A stretch of DNA of 32,000 bases. Source: Candidatus Methylomirabilis oxygeniifera (lineage in GTDB: Bacteria; Methylomirabilota; Methylomirabilia; Methylomirabilales; Methylomirabilaceae). The notes beneath the pieces were generated by a model. The model worked only from the letters and a program-made list of their open reading frames with translations. It made no database searches and had not been told where the DNA came from. The first letter of the stretch is position 1, and every line of letters begins with the position of its first letter. Positions 8,643-18,133 of the stretch are shown piece by piece. Location of the stretch: positions 1,350,001-1,382,000 of the forward strand of contig FP565575.1 of assembly GCA_000091165.1 (NCBI GenBank), written 5' to 3'. The translations under genes were made by a program, and so were the position numbers.

Positions 8643-9080
8643 TTAACCCTCTTTTTCAGCCAGTATCTGGAGCTGAATCTGTCGCTCTCTCGGTCCGTCC
8701 AACTCCGCAAAGATAATAGACTCAAAGGTCCCAAGGCTCATCTCTCCGTCCACCACCGGCACCGAAAGCTGTCGGCCAAGCAAGAGAGAGCGAAGGTGCG
8801 AAGCGGCGTTGCTCCGATCGCAATCGGAGTAGGACGGATCGTTATGGCGATAGCCGTCCGCCTGCCCGACCAGGCGATCCATAAGGGCCTGGATATCGTG
8901 CAGCAAGGCCTCCTGCCACTCATTGATGAACAGCGCAGTCGTCGTGTGAAGGGAGTTGAGGATGACCAACCCCTGCTTGATCTCATGACGCTGGAGCAGA
9001 TCTCGCACACGCTTTGTCAGATCCATGAACTGGAGTCGATCCTCCGTCGCCACCGTAAACGTTTCGTGCCTGATTATCAT
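8643..9080 (-). CDS. YjbQ / UPF0047 family protein
   Basis: FMDLTKRVRDLL, GLVILNSLHTTTALFINEWQ, GEMSLGTFESIIFAELDGPRERQIQLQI. Confidence 0.87.
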   Translation of the reverse strand: MIIRHETFTVATEDRLQFMDLTKRVRDLLQRHEIKQGLVILNSLHTTTALFINEWQEALLHDIQALMDRLVGQADGYRHNDPSYSDCDRSNAASHLRSLLLGRQLSVPVVDGEMSLGTFESIIFAELDGPRERQIQLQILAEKEG

Positions 9081-9234
9081 ACCCTCCCTCCGTTAAGGTG
9101 CGAACTCTTCACGCAGATGTACGCCGCCTCGGACAGCGGCACCACCCTCCTCAAACCCGGATACGCACTACCTTCGATCATGAACGCCGCGCCTCCGCAC
9201 CGACTCCTCCTTCTCCCTGCTTGCTTCGACTCAA

Positions 9235-9696
9235 CTACCAGTCAGGGTGAAGATCGGGCCGCTGCTTCATCGCCTCCGCGAGCGGCGTCATCAGGCGCTC
9301 CTTCCCGTATACAAAGCCACCCCTCTCGTAGGAAGCAAGCTCGTACTGTTTGCCCAGCACAATCGCCTCCTCCGGGCAGGCCTCCTCACAGTAGCCGCAA
9401 AAGATACAACGCAGCATGTGGATCTTATACACCTTGGCGTAGCGCTCGCCTTTGGAGTGGCGCTCTTGCCCGGTATTTTCAGCCGCCTCAACGTAGATCG
9501 CATCTGCCGGACAGGCGACCGCGCACAGCTCGCAACCCACGCACCGCTCCATCCCGTCGTCGCCCACTACCAGCATATGCAGACCGCGATAGCGAGGCGC
9601 AAGCGGAAGCCGCTCTTCCGGATAGGACACCGTCACCGGCTTCCGAAAGATATGCTTGAACGTCGTCGCCATCCCCTTCAAGATCTCAGTAATCAT
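9235..9696 (-). CDS. nuoI: NADH-quinone oxidoreductase subunit I (first copy)
   Basis: Two 4Fe-4S motifs, CVGCELCAVACP and CIFCGYCEEACP, plus NuoI-typical VYKIHMLRCIFCG and GKERLMTP. Confidence 0.93.
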   Translation of the reverse strand: MITEILKGMATTFKHIFRKPVTVSYPEERLPLAPRYRGLHMLVVGDDGMERCVGCELCAVACPADAIYVEAAENTGQERHSKGERYAKVYKIHMLRCIFCGYCEEACPEEAIVLGKQYELASYERGGFVYGKERLMTPLAEAMKQRPDLHPDW

Positions 9697-9730
9697 CGTA
9701 GCCGCCCCTGATGCGCCACACGCAACATCT

Positions 9731-10276
9731 CTATGCCGCCCTGTGCCAAGGAAGGTGAAAGAGGCCCTGCTTGCTCGGGCGCTCCTTGGCGATCTTTTCC
9801 TGCAGCAGCATAATCCCGTGAATCAACTGCTCAGGTCTCGGCGGGCAGCCGGGTACGTAGACATCGACCGGAACGATCTGGTCCACGCCCTGAACGATGG
9901 TATAGGTATTGAAGATTCCACCACAGGATGCGCACGCGCCCATCGCGATGACCCACTTCGGCTCCGGCATCTGATCGTAGATCCTTCTGAGGACCGGAGC
10001 CATCTTGCGGCTCACGCGGCCGGCCACGATCATCAGGTCGGACTGACGCGGCGATCCCCGAAAGACCTCTGCCCCGAACCGGGCAAGATCGAAACGTGAC
10101 GCGCCCGTCGCCATCATCTCAATAGCGCAGCAGGCAAGCCCGAAGCTCGCCGGCCAGATCGATGACTTCCTCGCCCAGTTGACCAGGCTGTCCAGTGTCG
10201 TCAGGAGGAGGCCCCGCTCAAACTCCTGTTCCTCTTCCTTCGTGGGCAGGACCCCAGTATCACTTACGTGTAACAT
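9731..10276 (-). CDS. nuoB: NADH-quinone oxidoreductase subunit B (first copy)
   Basis: [72 protein letters not shown]. Start set to the ATG at 10276. Confidence 0.95.
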   Translation of the reverse strand: MLHVSDTGVLPTKEEEQEFERGLLLTTLDSLVNWARKSSIWPASFGLACCAIEMMATGASRFDLARFGAEVFRGSPRQSDLMIVAGRVSRKMAPVLRRIYDQMPEPKWVIAMGACASCGGIFNTYTIVQGVDQIVPVDVYVPGCPPRPEQLIHGIMLLQEKIAKERPSKQGLFHLPWHRAA

Positions 10277-10304
10277 TCTTGCATCCCTACGCGGCAGAAG
10301 ACAA

Positions 10305-10607
10305 TCAGCAGCCGCAGTTCGCCTTCGGGTTAGGGTTCTTGAGGCTAAAGCCGGCTCCCTGTAGGCTGTCCAGATAGTCGATCTCAGAACCGGCAAGGTA
10401 GACGTAGCTCTGGGGATCTACCAGAACCTTGACGCCGTGAGTCTCAAACACCTGGTCGGCCGCCTGGGGTTCGTCGAACTCCAACTGGTAAGAAAGGCCT
10501 GAGCAACCACCGCCGACAACGCGGACGCGCAAACCTTCTTCAGGCTTCGCCTGCGTCTTGAGCAGATCAGCGACTTTCGTTGCGGCCGACTCGGTAAGGG
10601 TAATCAT
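10305..10607 (-). CDS. erpA: Iron-sulfur cluster insertion/assembly protein of the IscA/ErpA family
   Basis: [30 protein letters not shown]-terminal [10 protein letters not shown]. The choice between IscA and ErpA is not certain. Confidence 0.88.
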   Translation of the reverse strand: MITLTESAATKVADLLKTQAKPEEGLRVRVVGGGCSGLSYQLEFDEPQAADQVFETHGVKVLVDPQSYVYLAGSEIDYLDSLQGAGFSLKNPNPKANCGC

Positions 10608-10666
10608 CGAGACCTCCTTCTATTGCAAGCGCTTGATTGATACCTCACTCATCGTTGGAGAAGCGA

Positions 10667-11893
10667 TCAACATGGACGGAGACTCCACCGGGTATCTTTG
10701 ACGTCGATCCCCTCAAGCGCCATCTCGTACAAGGGTGACAGCGCACGCAGGCGGGTCACGTTCTCTATCACACGAGCGGCAACATAGTCCAGCTCTTCCT
10801 CGGTATTCGACCGACCGAGGCCGAAACGGATACTCGCATGCGCCAGCTCTGCATTCAGACCGATCGCCAGCAGGACGTACGAAGGTTCGACCGTCGCACT
10901 GGTGCAGGCAGAACCGGAAGAGACAGCTATCCCTTTCAACGCCATGAGCAGCGACTCTCCCTCGACAAACTCAAAGGAGATATTCAGGTTGCCGGGAAGG
11001 CGCTCCGTCGGATGACCGTTGAGGCGCAGATAGTCAAGCCCGGACCACAGTTCAGTGCGTAACCGCTCGCGAAGCGTGAGGAGCCGCGACGACTCGCTCT
11101 CAAGCTCGCGCTCGGCAAGGGCACAGGCTGCGCCGAAACCGACGCACCCGGGGACATTGAGCGTTCCGGAGCGGCGGCCCTTCTCGTGGCCGCCCCCATC
11201 CATCTGAGGAACCAGCTTGACGCGAGGCTTCGTCATCCGCACATAGAGCGCCCCCACTCCCTTCGGACCGTAACATTTATGGGCCGACGCCGAGAGGAGA
11301 TCGACCTGCCAGTCGTCCACCGACAGCGGCAGCTTGCCCACGTACTGAGCGGCGTCGGTATGAAACAGGACGCCATGGCGCTTGGCGATCCGGCCGATCT
11401 CGACGATCGGTTGCAGCGTTCCGATTTCGTTGTTTGCCGCCATAATTGAAATGAGGACCGTGTCTTTCCTGATTGCTCGCTCGACATCGGCCGGATCGAC
11501 GCGTCCGGTTTTGTCTACGGAAAGATAGGTGACCTGGCAACCCTCTTGCTCCAGCCGCTTACAGGTATCAAGGACAGCGTGATGCTCGATCCTGGAGGTG
11601 ATCAGGTGTCGCCCCTTCTCCCGATAGGCGGCAGCTACCCCTTTGATCGCAAGGTTGTTCGCCTCCGTGGCGCCGCTCGTCCAGACGATCTCTGCCGCTT
11701 TACAGCCAAGCAGGTGCGCAACCTGCGCGCGAGCCTGTTCCACCGCCTCCTCGGCCACCCAGCCGAAAGAGTGGCTGCGAGAGGCGGGGTTGCCGAACCG
11801 CTCACAGAAGTACGGCCGCATCGCCTCGAAGACCTCCGGGGCAACAGGCGTCGTCGCCAGATGATCCATATAAATGGGAAGAGTGACCGTCAT
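10667..11893 (-). CDS. iscS: Cysteine desulfurase, IscS/NifS family
   Basis: PLP lysine in SASAHKCYGPKGVGALYVR, catalytic cysteine loop VSSGSACTSATVEPSYVL. Confidence 0.93.
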   Translation of the reverse strand: MTVTLPIYMDHLATTPVAPEVFEAMRPYFCERFGNPASRSHSFGWVAEEAVEQARAQVAHLLGCKAAEIVWTSGATEANNLAIKGVAAAYREKGRHLITSRIEHHAVLDTCKRLEQEGCQVTYLSVDKTGRVDPADVERAIRKDTVLISIMAANNEIGTLQPIVEIGRIAKRHGVLFHTDAAQYVGKLPLSVDDWQVDLLSASAHKCYGPKGVGALYVRMTKPRVKLVPQMDGGGHEKGRRSGTLNVPGCVGFGAACALAERELESESSRLLTLRERLRTELWSGLDYLRLNGHPTERLPGNLNISFEFVEGESLLMALKGIAVSSGSACTSATVEPSYVLLAIGLNAELAHASIRFGLGRSNTEEELDYVAARVIENVTRLRALSPLYEMALEGIDVKDTRWSLRPC

Positions 11894-11958
11894 CGGCTTA
11901 TCCTATTTTCTTCACCGCTTTTCCCAGACTCTCCGGCAATCAACTGAATGCTCACCTC

Positions 11959-11988
11959 ATTCTAAGAAAACTATGACCCAGTTGTCAA
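11959..11988 (-). promoter_or_regulatory. Candidate sigma70-type promoter for iscS and downstream genes
   Basis: Minus strand reads TTGACA - 18 nt - TAGAAT (11 of 12 consensus positions), about 65 nt upstream of the iscS start. Confidence 0.5.
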
Positions 11989-12081
11989 TTTCAATGCTGG
12001 TGTGGCGTCCTCTGTGCATGTATTAGGCCTACAATTTCATCGTGGTCCATCCGACAAAGCCGGCTTACGGCGGAGTGTACC

Positions 12082-13134
12082 TTACGGCGCGGCGTCTGAT
12101 TCCGTCTTGACGGGCGCGTTTCCCGGCCGCCGCCGGCTCAGTGCTATCTCCAGTGCGTAGGTCGCCAGGCCGATCGCCGTCCAGAATATCTGGTTGATTC
12201 GCAGGATCATCGAAAACGCCACACCCTCGCTGAAGGTGAAGCCGATCGCCCGCTCAAAGATCATCGCGCGCGTAAACTCCTGCGTCCCGAGCCCTGCCGG
12301 AACCATAAAGATCATGCAATCGAACCAGCTACCGAAGAACCAGATCGTAGACGCCTTGGCCCAGTCGTTCACGCCGAAGACAAACCAGAGGAAGAGCCCC
12401 GCCTGCGCGATCCCCATGGTAAACGCCAAGGCGTGCCAGAACAACGCCAGGATCAAATCCTTCCCCTGCTTTTCGTAGTGACTACGCAGCCGACCGTCCA
12501 ACTCGGCAAGGTTCGTCTCGACCCACTCGCGCGCCTGCTGTCCGGCAACACCCCCTACGACACGGCCAAGGAATCCGCCGAACCATCCCTGCCGCTGGAA
12601 GATCAGAAAACCGATGAAACCGCCCCACATCGCCACGCTCGCGGCCCAGAACGTCACCTTTACGCCAAGGTCCAGAGGCGTCCACAACAGGACTACCGCC
12701 GATCCCAGGAAGGCCATTCCGAACTGCACAATACCGTACGTAAACTTGTCGATGATGACGACTCTCGCCGCCTCGGCGCGCGAGACATACTTTTCCAGAA
12801 GCGTCACCTTGACCACCTCGCCACCGAATCCGGATGTCGGGGTGATGAAATTATACGCCGCTGCGGTACAGCGCACATACAGCAGGTTGAGCAGCGGCAC
12901 CTTCGGGCTGTCCCGACTGAAGCAGTAGCGTGTCGCTATGGCGCGCATGACGTCGCCCACTCCCTCGAGCGCCAGGAATAGAACCAGTCCGAAGCCGAAG
13001 CGCGCGACTCCCTCCCACAACTCTCGCGCTCCCGCTGTGTAGATCAGATAGCCGAAGAGCACAACGCCGGCGAGCGGCACGAGGATGTGGAAGACTCGGA
13101 GACTGCGCTTGTCCGTTCCCTGGCTCATCTGCAC
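12082..13134 (-). CDS. UPF0104 / lysylphosphatidylglycerol-synthase-TM-region family membrane protein (possible flippase)
   Basis: Multiple hydrophobic segments; RCTAAAYNFITPTSGFGGEVVKVTLLEKYVSRAEAARVVIIDKF; C-terminal EGVAFSMILRINQIFW. Confidence 0.78.
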   Translation of the reverse strand: MQMSQGTDKRSLRVFHILVPLAGVVLFGYLIYTAGARELWEGVARFGFGLVLFLALEGVGDVMRAIATRYCFSRDSPKVPLLNLLYVRCTAAAYNFITPTSGFGGEVVKVTLLEKYVSRAEAARVVIIDKFTYGIVQFGMAFLGSAVVLLWTPLDLGVKVTFWAASVAMWGGFIGFLIFQRQGWFGGFLGRVVGGVAGQQAREWVETNLAELDGRLRSHYEKQGKDLILALFWHALAFTMGIAQAGLFLWFVFGVNDWAKASTIWFFGSWFDCMIFMVPAGLGTQEFTRAMIFERAIGFTFSEGVAFSMILRINQIFWTAIGLATYALEIALSRRRPGNAPVKTESDAAP

Positions 13135-13307
13135 CCCCTCAGTTGCAGGTGAACTCCTTCCGTGTGCTGCGGAACTCGCGGGTCGTGATCGTCGCCATTC
13201 CCCTCCGGTCCAGGGCTTCCCTTCTGAGAACGGCGATGCGGCAAGGAGCGCTCAGACAGTCCTCGCACACTCCAGGACCCCACCCGAGACTGGAGGATTA
13301 CGTTCAT

Positions 13308-14510
13308 CTAGTGTTCGGTGAGCTGGCAGCAGCGGTTACAGATCGGCAGGAGCCCACCTTGTTCCGACAGCATCCGCCGGAAGGTCTGGTACCTATCGCC
13401 GAACCAGATATCGAGAAACGGCTGCTCGTTGACGTTCCCCATCGAGAGCGGCTCGTCCATAAAGAGGTTACACGCGTAGACGTGACCGTCGACGTCGATC
13501 GTCGGCTCGAGGTAGGGTACCGAGCAATGCGTGCGGCCGAGATTCCAGTTGTAGTCCGTGTAGAGTTTCGGAATCTCCGTCAATGGGATCGACGGGAGAT
13601 GGTGAACGAAAAAATCATAATCCTTGGTCTTGAGCCGGCGGATAGTCTGCGCGATCTCCTTCGCCTCTTCCTCGAAATCGCCATAGTCCTCGGCGAACCC
13701 AGTCCAGCTCGTGAGGCCGTTGGTACCGAAGTACTGTGCCGCAACTTTATTATAGGCTTCGCCCTTGGCCGTAGGCACCCAAATCGGGTTCGACTTGATG
13801 GTGAGGACGTCCAGCAGGCCTTTGCCGGCTAGCTCCTCGCAAAGCTTGAGCGCCGACGAGGACTTGTTGTGGCGCGTCATGGTAAAGCTCACATGTATAA
13901 GCGGCGTATGGCGGTTACGGCGCTCGCGCTCCACGATGATCGCCTCCAGCCCCTCCAACGTCTTATCGAACGCCCACTCCGCTTGGCGTACGAAGTTGTG
14001 CGCCTCCTTGTCGCCGTCGACCGATATATGGATCGCATCGACCCCTGTGTCGATCAACTCGCCCGCATACTTTTTCAAGAGCGTACCGTTGGTCACAGGC
14101 TTCACGAAGAGACGGTGGCGCTTCAGCATCCGGAGGAGTTCGATGATCTGCGGATAGAGAAACGTCTCGCCCCCCTCTATGTCGACATACCTCAGACCGT
14201 GCGGCACGAGTTCCTGCACAACCCCTTCGATCACCTCCAGCTTGAGTTCGCGCTTGAGTTTGGCGGTATCGTAATTGAAGTAGGTCCCCGTGTCGCCCCA
14301 TTGACCACACATTTTGCAGCGGAGGTTGCAGCCGTAGATGACGTGCAGGTCGAGCTTGACGGGATAGAAGGTCCCGTTTTCAGGAAGGTCGTTCTGCGCG
14401 AGCCGTCTGGCAGTCTTATCGTAGGCGCTCCGTCGGAGCACGAAGTAGTAGTAGCGCGGGTTTTCGACGACGCCCTGAAGGAGGCGCCAGTAGAGGCCAA
14501 CTTTTGACAA
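13308..14510 (-). CDS. Radical SAM protein with SPASM-like C-terminal cluster domain
   Basis: CNLRCKMC radical SAM motif, DIEGGETFLYP, C-terminal CSVPYLEPTIDVDGHVYACNLF...CNRCC. Confidence 0.88.
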   Translation of the reverse strand: MSKVGLYWRLLQGVVENPRYYYFVLRRSAYDKTARRLAQNDLPENGTFYPVKLDLHVIYGCNLRCKMCGQWGDTGTYFNYDTAKLKRELKLEVIEGVVQELVPHGLRYVDIEGGETFLYPQIIELLRMLKRHRLFVKPVTNGTLLKKYAGELIDTGVDAIHISVDGDKEAHNFVRQAEWAFDKTLEGLEAIIVERERRNRHTPLIHVSFTMTRHNKSSSALKLCEELAGKGLLDVLTIKSNPIWVPTAKGEAYNKVAAQYFGTNGLTSWTGFAEDYGDFEEEAKEIAQTIRRLKTKDYDFFVHHLPSIPLTEIPKLYTDYNWNLGRTHCSVPYLEPTIDVDGHVYACNLFMDEPLSMGNVNEQPFLDIWFGDRYQTFRRMLSEQGGLLPICNRCCQLTEH

Positions 14511-14519
14511 CAGTCCCCC

Positions 14520-15722
14520 TTATGCCCCAAACTTCTTGAATCGCAACGCGTTGGCCATGGCAAGGGGCATCAGATCGACCGCGCGCATCGTCGCCAGGGG
14601 TCCCTGAGCGCATTCCCGTTCCGTAAATCTGCCGGCCCCGGTAGCACGCGACCATCGCGACCAGAGCAGAAAAGGAACCGGATGCCAGCTGTGGGTTTTC
14701 AGAACAGCCGGGGTGGAATGGTCGCCCGTCACAATAAACACATCCGGGTGAAGTGCGAGAAAATCTGGAATTCGTCGATCCAGCTCTTCCAGCGCGGCAA
14801 CCTTCGCGTCAAAGTCGCCGTCCTCGCCGGCCCGATCGGTTCCTTTAAAATGGACATAAAAGAAATCATACTTGTCATAGTTGAGCGACAAGACTTTGAG
14901 CTCGTCATCTAAATTGGCGCAAAATGGCAACGCCTCCATCCCCACAAGTTTGGCGAGACCACGGTACATTGGGTAACAGGTGATCGCAACCGCGCGGAGC
15001 CGCAACAGTTCCGGAAACGCCGGCAACTCTGGCGGCAAGGCGAAGCCCCTGAGCAGGATCATATTGGCCGGATGCTCGTCCTTGAGTACTCCACGGGCCT
15101 GTTCTATGAATTGATTCACCAGCGCCGCGGTTCGTTCCGCTCCGGAGTCGACAGCTCTCACTGCAAGAGGTCGCTCACCCGTAGTCTGGGGATCGGACTC
15201 GGAAAGCGCGTCAGAGAGTCCCTCCCCACGAAAAACGACGACGAATCGATGCTCCTTGACGGGCCTGACGATGACCTCTACCCCTTCAATCCGAATCTGA
15301 TCGAGTTGACGACACAAGCGCTCACAGCTCTCGGTCGTAATTCGACCGGCGCGCCGGTCTATCACCCTTCCCTCTTCATCCAGCGTACAAAAATTACCTC
15401 GACTTGCCACATCGCCTGGACGAAGGTCCAGGTCGATGCCGCACGCCTCAAGGACGCCTCGTCCGATCTGATATGTAAACGGATCGTAGCCGAAGAGGGC
15501 AAGATGCCCCGGTCCACTGCCGGGGATAATCCCGGGACCCACCATATCGATGAGACCGCAAAGCGAACGAGCAGCAAGCGCATCAAGGTTGGGGAGCTTC
15601 GCGACCTCCAGTTCACTTCGACCATCCGCCTCTCTCGGCAGCCCCCCCAGCCCATCAGCGACGAACAGGACGATCTTAGAGGACGAGGGAATGGCCAGCT
15701 GGTTGATCAGTGTCAAATCCAT
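14520..15722 (-). CDS. apgM: 2,3-bisphosphoglycerate-independent phosphoglycerate mutase, archaeal/ApgM type
   Basis: KIVLFVADGLGGLP, GPGIIPGSGPGHLALFGYDPF, GRGVLEACGIDLDLRPGDVASRGNFCT, HFKGTDRAGEDGD, VTGDHSTP. Start at the ATG at 15722. Confidence 0.88.
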   Translation of the reverse strand: MDLTLINQLAIPSSSKIVLFVADGLGGLPREADGRSELEVAKLPNLDALAARSLCGLIDMVGPGIIPGSGPGHLALFGYDPFTYQIGRGVLEACGIDLDLRPGDVASRGNFCTLDEEGRVIDRRAGRITTESCERLCRQLDQIRIEGVEVIVRPVKEHRFVVVFRGEGLSDALSESDPQTTGERPLAVRAVDSGAERTAALVNQFIEQARGVLKDEHPANMILLRGFALPPELPAFPELLRLRAVAITCYPMYRGLAKLVGMEALPFCANLDDELKVLSLNYDKYDFFYVHFKGTDRAGEDGDFDAKVAALEELDRRIPDFLALHPDVFIVTGDHSTPAVLKTHSWHPVPFLLWSRWSRATGAGRFTERECAQGPLATMRAVDLMPLAMANALRFKKFGA

Positions 15723-15783
15723 GAAGGTATTGCCTCCAGACAGCGCTGCCCGATAATAGCGCCGAGGATAATCGGATGAGTGG

Positions 15784-16995
15784 TCAAAACAGGAGGACCT
15801 CCACAACTTCTCCCTTTTCGAGGAGGTCCACATTGGCAGGAATCTCGATATACCCCTCTGCGTCCGCCATTGAGGTGATAGCGCCCGACTCTTTGAAGAC
15901 CGGGACAACCTCCCCGCCATCGAGACGAACAGGCAGATATTGATGCCGCCCGATCGTCGAGGTATAGCGACGGGCCATCGAGGCTTTCACCGAGGCAAGC
16001 GCCTGCCGGCCCAGCCTTGCCATCTTCCGAAGCGCGGGCGCCAGGATCCCATATCCGTTGGTCAGGCATGACGTGGGATAACCCGGCATTCCAAGCAAGA
16101 GATGGCCTTCCACAATACCGCACAGGGTAGGTTTTCCCGGCTTGACGGCGATGCCGTGGAACTTCACCTCCCCCATCCGCTGCACCGCTTCGACCATCAT
16201 ATCACGCTCGCCGACAGAGCTGCCGCCGGACAGGACGATGAGGTCGTACGAGAGGGCCTCTCGAATCGTCGAGATCGCCGACTCCAATGTATCCTTCATG
16301 ATCGGAAAGATGTGCGGAATGCCGCCGTTCTCGCTGATCAGCGCAGAGAGGGTATAGGAGTTGATGTCGTAGATCTTCCCAGGACTGAGCGCCTCCCCGG
16401 CTAAGAGGATTTCATTGCCGGACGGAATCACCGCGACCAGGGGCCTCTGATAGACCGCAACCTTTTGGAATCCGAGAGCCGCCAGTACGCCGATCTTACT
16501 GGGGTCCAAACGCATCCCACGCTGCAGGACCAGACTGCCCACCTTGATGTCCTCGCCCATCGGTGAGGCGTGTTGTTGCGGATAGACAGGCTTGTAAACC
16601 CGTACCTTGTCACCGTCAAGCTCCGTATCTTCCACCATCACGACGGCATCGGCACCATCGGGCATCGGGGCGCCCGTTGCCACCTGGATGCAACTCCCCG
16701 ACCGGACGCTGAGGCGGGAGGACTCCCCGGCGTGAATGACATCGATCAGCTCCAGGATTCTGGGTGAAAAGTTCCCGGCGCCGAACGTGTCTTCTGCCTT
16801 CACGGCATACCCGTCCATGGCCGCCCGCGTAAACGGCGGCACATCCATAGACGCGCAGACCTCTTCAGCCAGAACCCGCCCCACCGCCTCGAGCAGCGTC
16901 GTCTGCTCGGTCCGTTCTATCGGCTGGGCCGCGTCCATAACGATTCGCATCCCCGCCTCCAGGTCGAGGAGCGCCTTCATCGGTTTCATTGCCAT
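15784..16995 (-). CDS. moeA: Molybdopterin molybdenumtransferase MoeA
   Basis: PPFTRAAMDGYAV, ATGAPMPDGADAVVMVE, LSGGSSVGERDM, GIAVKPGKPT, GMPGYPTSCL. Confidence 0.93.
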   Translation of the reverse strand: MAMKPMKALLDLEAGMRIVMDAAQPIERTEQTTLLEAVGRVLAEEVCASMDVPPFTRAAMDGYAVKAEDTFGAGNFSPRILELIDVIHAGESSRLSVRSGSCIQVATGAPMPDGADAVVMVEDTELDGDKVRVYKPVYPQQHASPMGEDIKVGSLVLQRGMRLDPSKIGVLAALGFQKVAVYQRPLVAVIPSGNEILLAGEALSPGKIYDINSYTLSALISENGGIPHIFPIMKDTLESAISTIREALSYDLIVLSGGSSVGERDMMVEAVQRMGEVKFHGIAVKPGKPTLCGIVEGHLLLGMPGYPTSCLTNGYGILAPALRKMARLGRQALASVKASMARRYTSTIGRHQYLPVRLDGGEVVPVFKESGAITSMADAEGYIEIPANVDLLEKGEVVEVLLF

Positions 16996-17070
16996 AGGAC
17001 TACCCTTGTGGCCTCACGATACCTCATGTGCCTGCAGTACGCCCACAGACGCGAATGTTCCTCCAGCTCC

Positions 17071-17160
17071 GTCATTGCGAGCGACCAACGGGAGCGTGGC
17101 AATCTCACCGTCGTTGTCCAGAGGAACTGTGAGATTGCTTCGGCTTCGCCTCGCAATGAC
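17071..17160. repeat. Palindromic interspersed repeat, copy 2 (opposite orientation to copy 1)
   Basis: gtcattgcgagcgaccaacgggagcgtggcaatctcacc is the near-exact reverse complement of the right arm of copy 1; ends cctcgcaatgac. Confidence 0.9.
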
Positions 17161-17202
17161 ATGGGAGAGTTGGACATCGCATCTTGCGCCACCCCCCTCG
17201 TC

Positions 17203-18132
17203 TTACAGGTTCTCCAGGTAGCGCTCGGCATCCAGGGCAGCCATACACCCCGATCCGGCTGCCGTGACGGCCTGTTTATAGACATGGTCCTGCACATCGC
17301 CGGCAGCAAAGACACCGGGAACGCTGGTCATCGTCCCGTGATTCGTGACAATATAGCCACGCTCGTCCAGCTCCAACTGTCCAGAGAACAGCTTCGTATT
17401 AGGGGAATGCCCGATCGCGACGAACACACCATCACAGGCAAACGTCTCCAATGAGGACGAACCGTCACTCCGGGTTGTGATGCCGGTCACCTTCCCTTGC
17501 GACGGGTCAAGAATCTCAACAATCCTTCGGTTCCACAAGACCTCAATCTTCGGATTCGCGAAGATCCGTTCTTGCATGATCTTCGAGGCTCGAAGCTTGT
17601 CCCGCCGATGGATCAGTGTCACCTTCGTCGCAAACTTCGTCAGGAAAAGCGCCTCCTCAACCGCCGAGTCGCCCCCACCGACAATAGCCACCTGCTGATC
17701 CCTGAAAAAGAACCCGTCGCACGTGGCGCAGGTCGAGACCCCATGTCCCAGCAGCTTGCGTTCCGATTCAAGGCCCAACAGATTCGCTGAAGCCCCCGTC
17801 GCGATGATCAGCGTCCTGGTCTGACGTAGGTCATTCTCCACCATCAAAGTAAACGGGTTGCTGTTCAGGTCGGTGGTTGTGACATCTCCCTTCACAAACC
17901 TCGCGCCGAACCGCTCCGCCTGCTGTCGCATCCGTGAGATCAGCTCCGGTCCCATAAGTCCATCGGGGTATCCCGGGTAGTTCTCGACCAGCGTCGTCAG
18001 GACTAATTGCCCACCGGTCTCATTCCCTTCAATAACCAGGGGACGCAGATTAGCTCGAGCGGTGTAGAGGGCCGCCGTCAGGCCCGCCGGGCCTGAACCA
18101 AGAATAATGACGTCTTCCACTGGAGTATCCAT
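17203..18132 (-). CDS. trxB: Thioredoxin-disulfide reductase
   Basis: GSGPAGLTAALYTARANL, GVSTCATCDGFFFRDQQVAIVGGGDSAVEEALFL, GVFAAGDVQDHVYKQAVTAAGSG. Confidence 0.95.
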   Translation of the reverse strand: MDTPVEDVIILGSGPAGLTAALYTARANLRPLVIEGNETGGQLVLTTLVENYPGYPDGLMGPELISRMRQQAERFGARFVKGDVTTTDLNSNPFTLMVENDLRQTRTLIIATGASANLLGLESERKLLGHGVSTCATCDGFFFRDQQVAIVGGGDSAVEEALFLTKFATKVTLIHRRDKLRASKIMQERIFANPKIEVLWNRRIVEILDPSQGKVTGITTRSDGSSSLETFACDGVFVAIGHSPNTKLFSGQLELDERGYIVTNHGTMTSVPGVFAAGDVQDHVYKQAVTAAGSGCMAALDAERYLENL

Positions 18133-18133
18133 G

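Noticed and set aside
8796-9659. 287-aa plus-strand ORF overlapping yjbQ-type and nuoI genes
   Set aside because: Antisense to YjbQ-family and NuoI reading frames; Pro/Arg/Ser-rich shadow sequence.
13869-14507. 212-aa plus-strand ORF over the radical SAM gene (also 13143-13832)
   Set aside because: Antisense to a gene with clear CxxxCxxC and SPASM motifs; no independent protein signature.
15072-15779. 235-aa plus-strand ORF over apgM
   Set aside because: Antisense to a clear phosphoglycerate mutase; no family motif.
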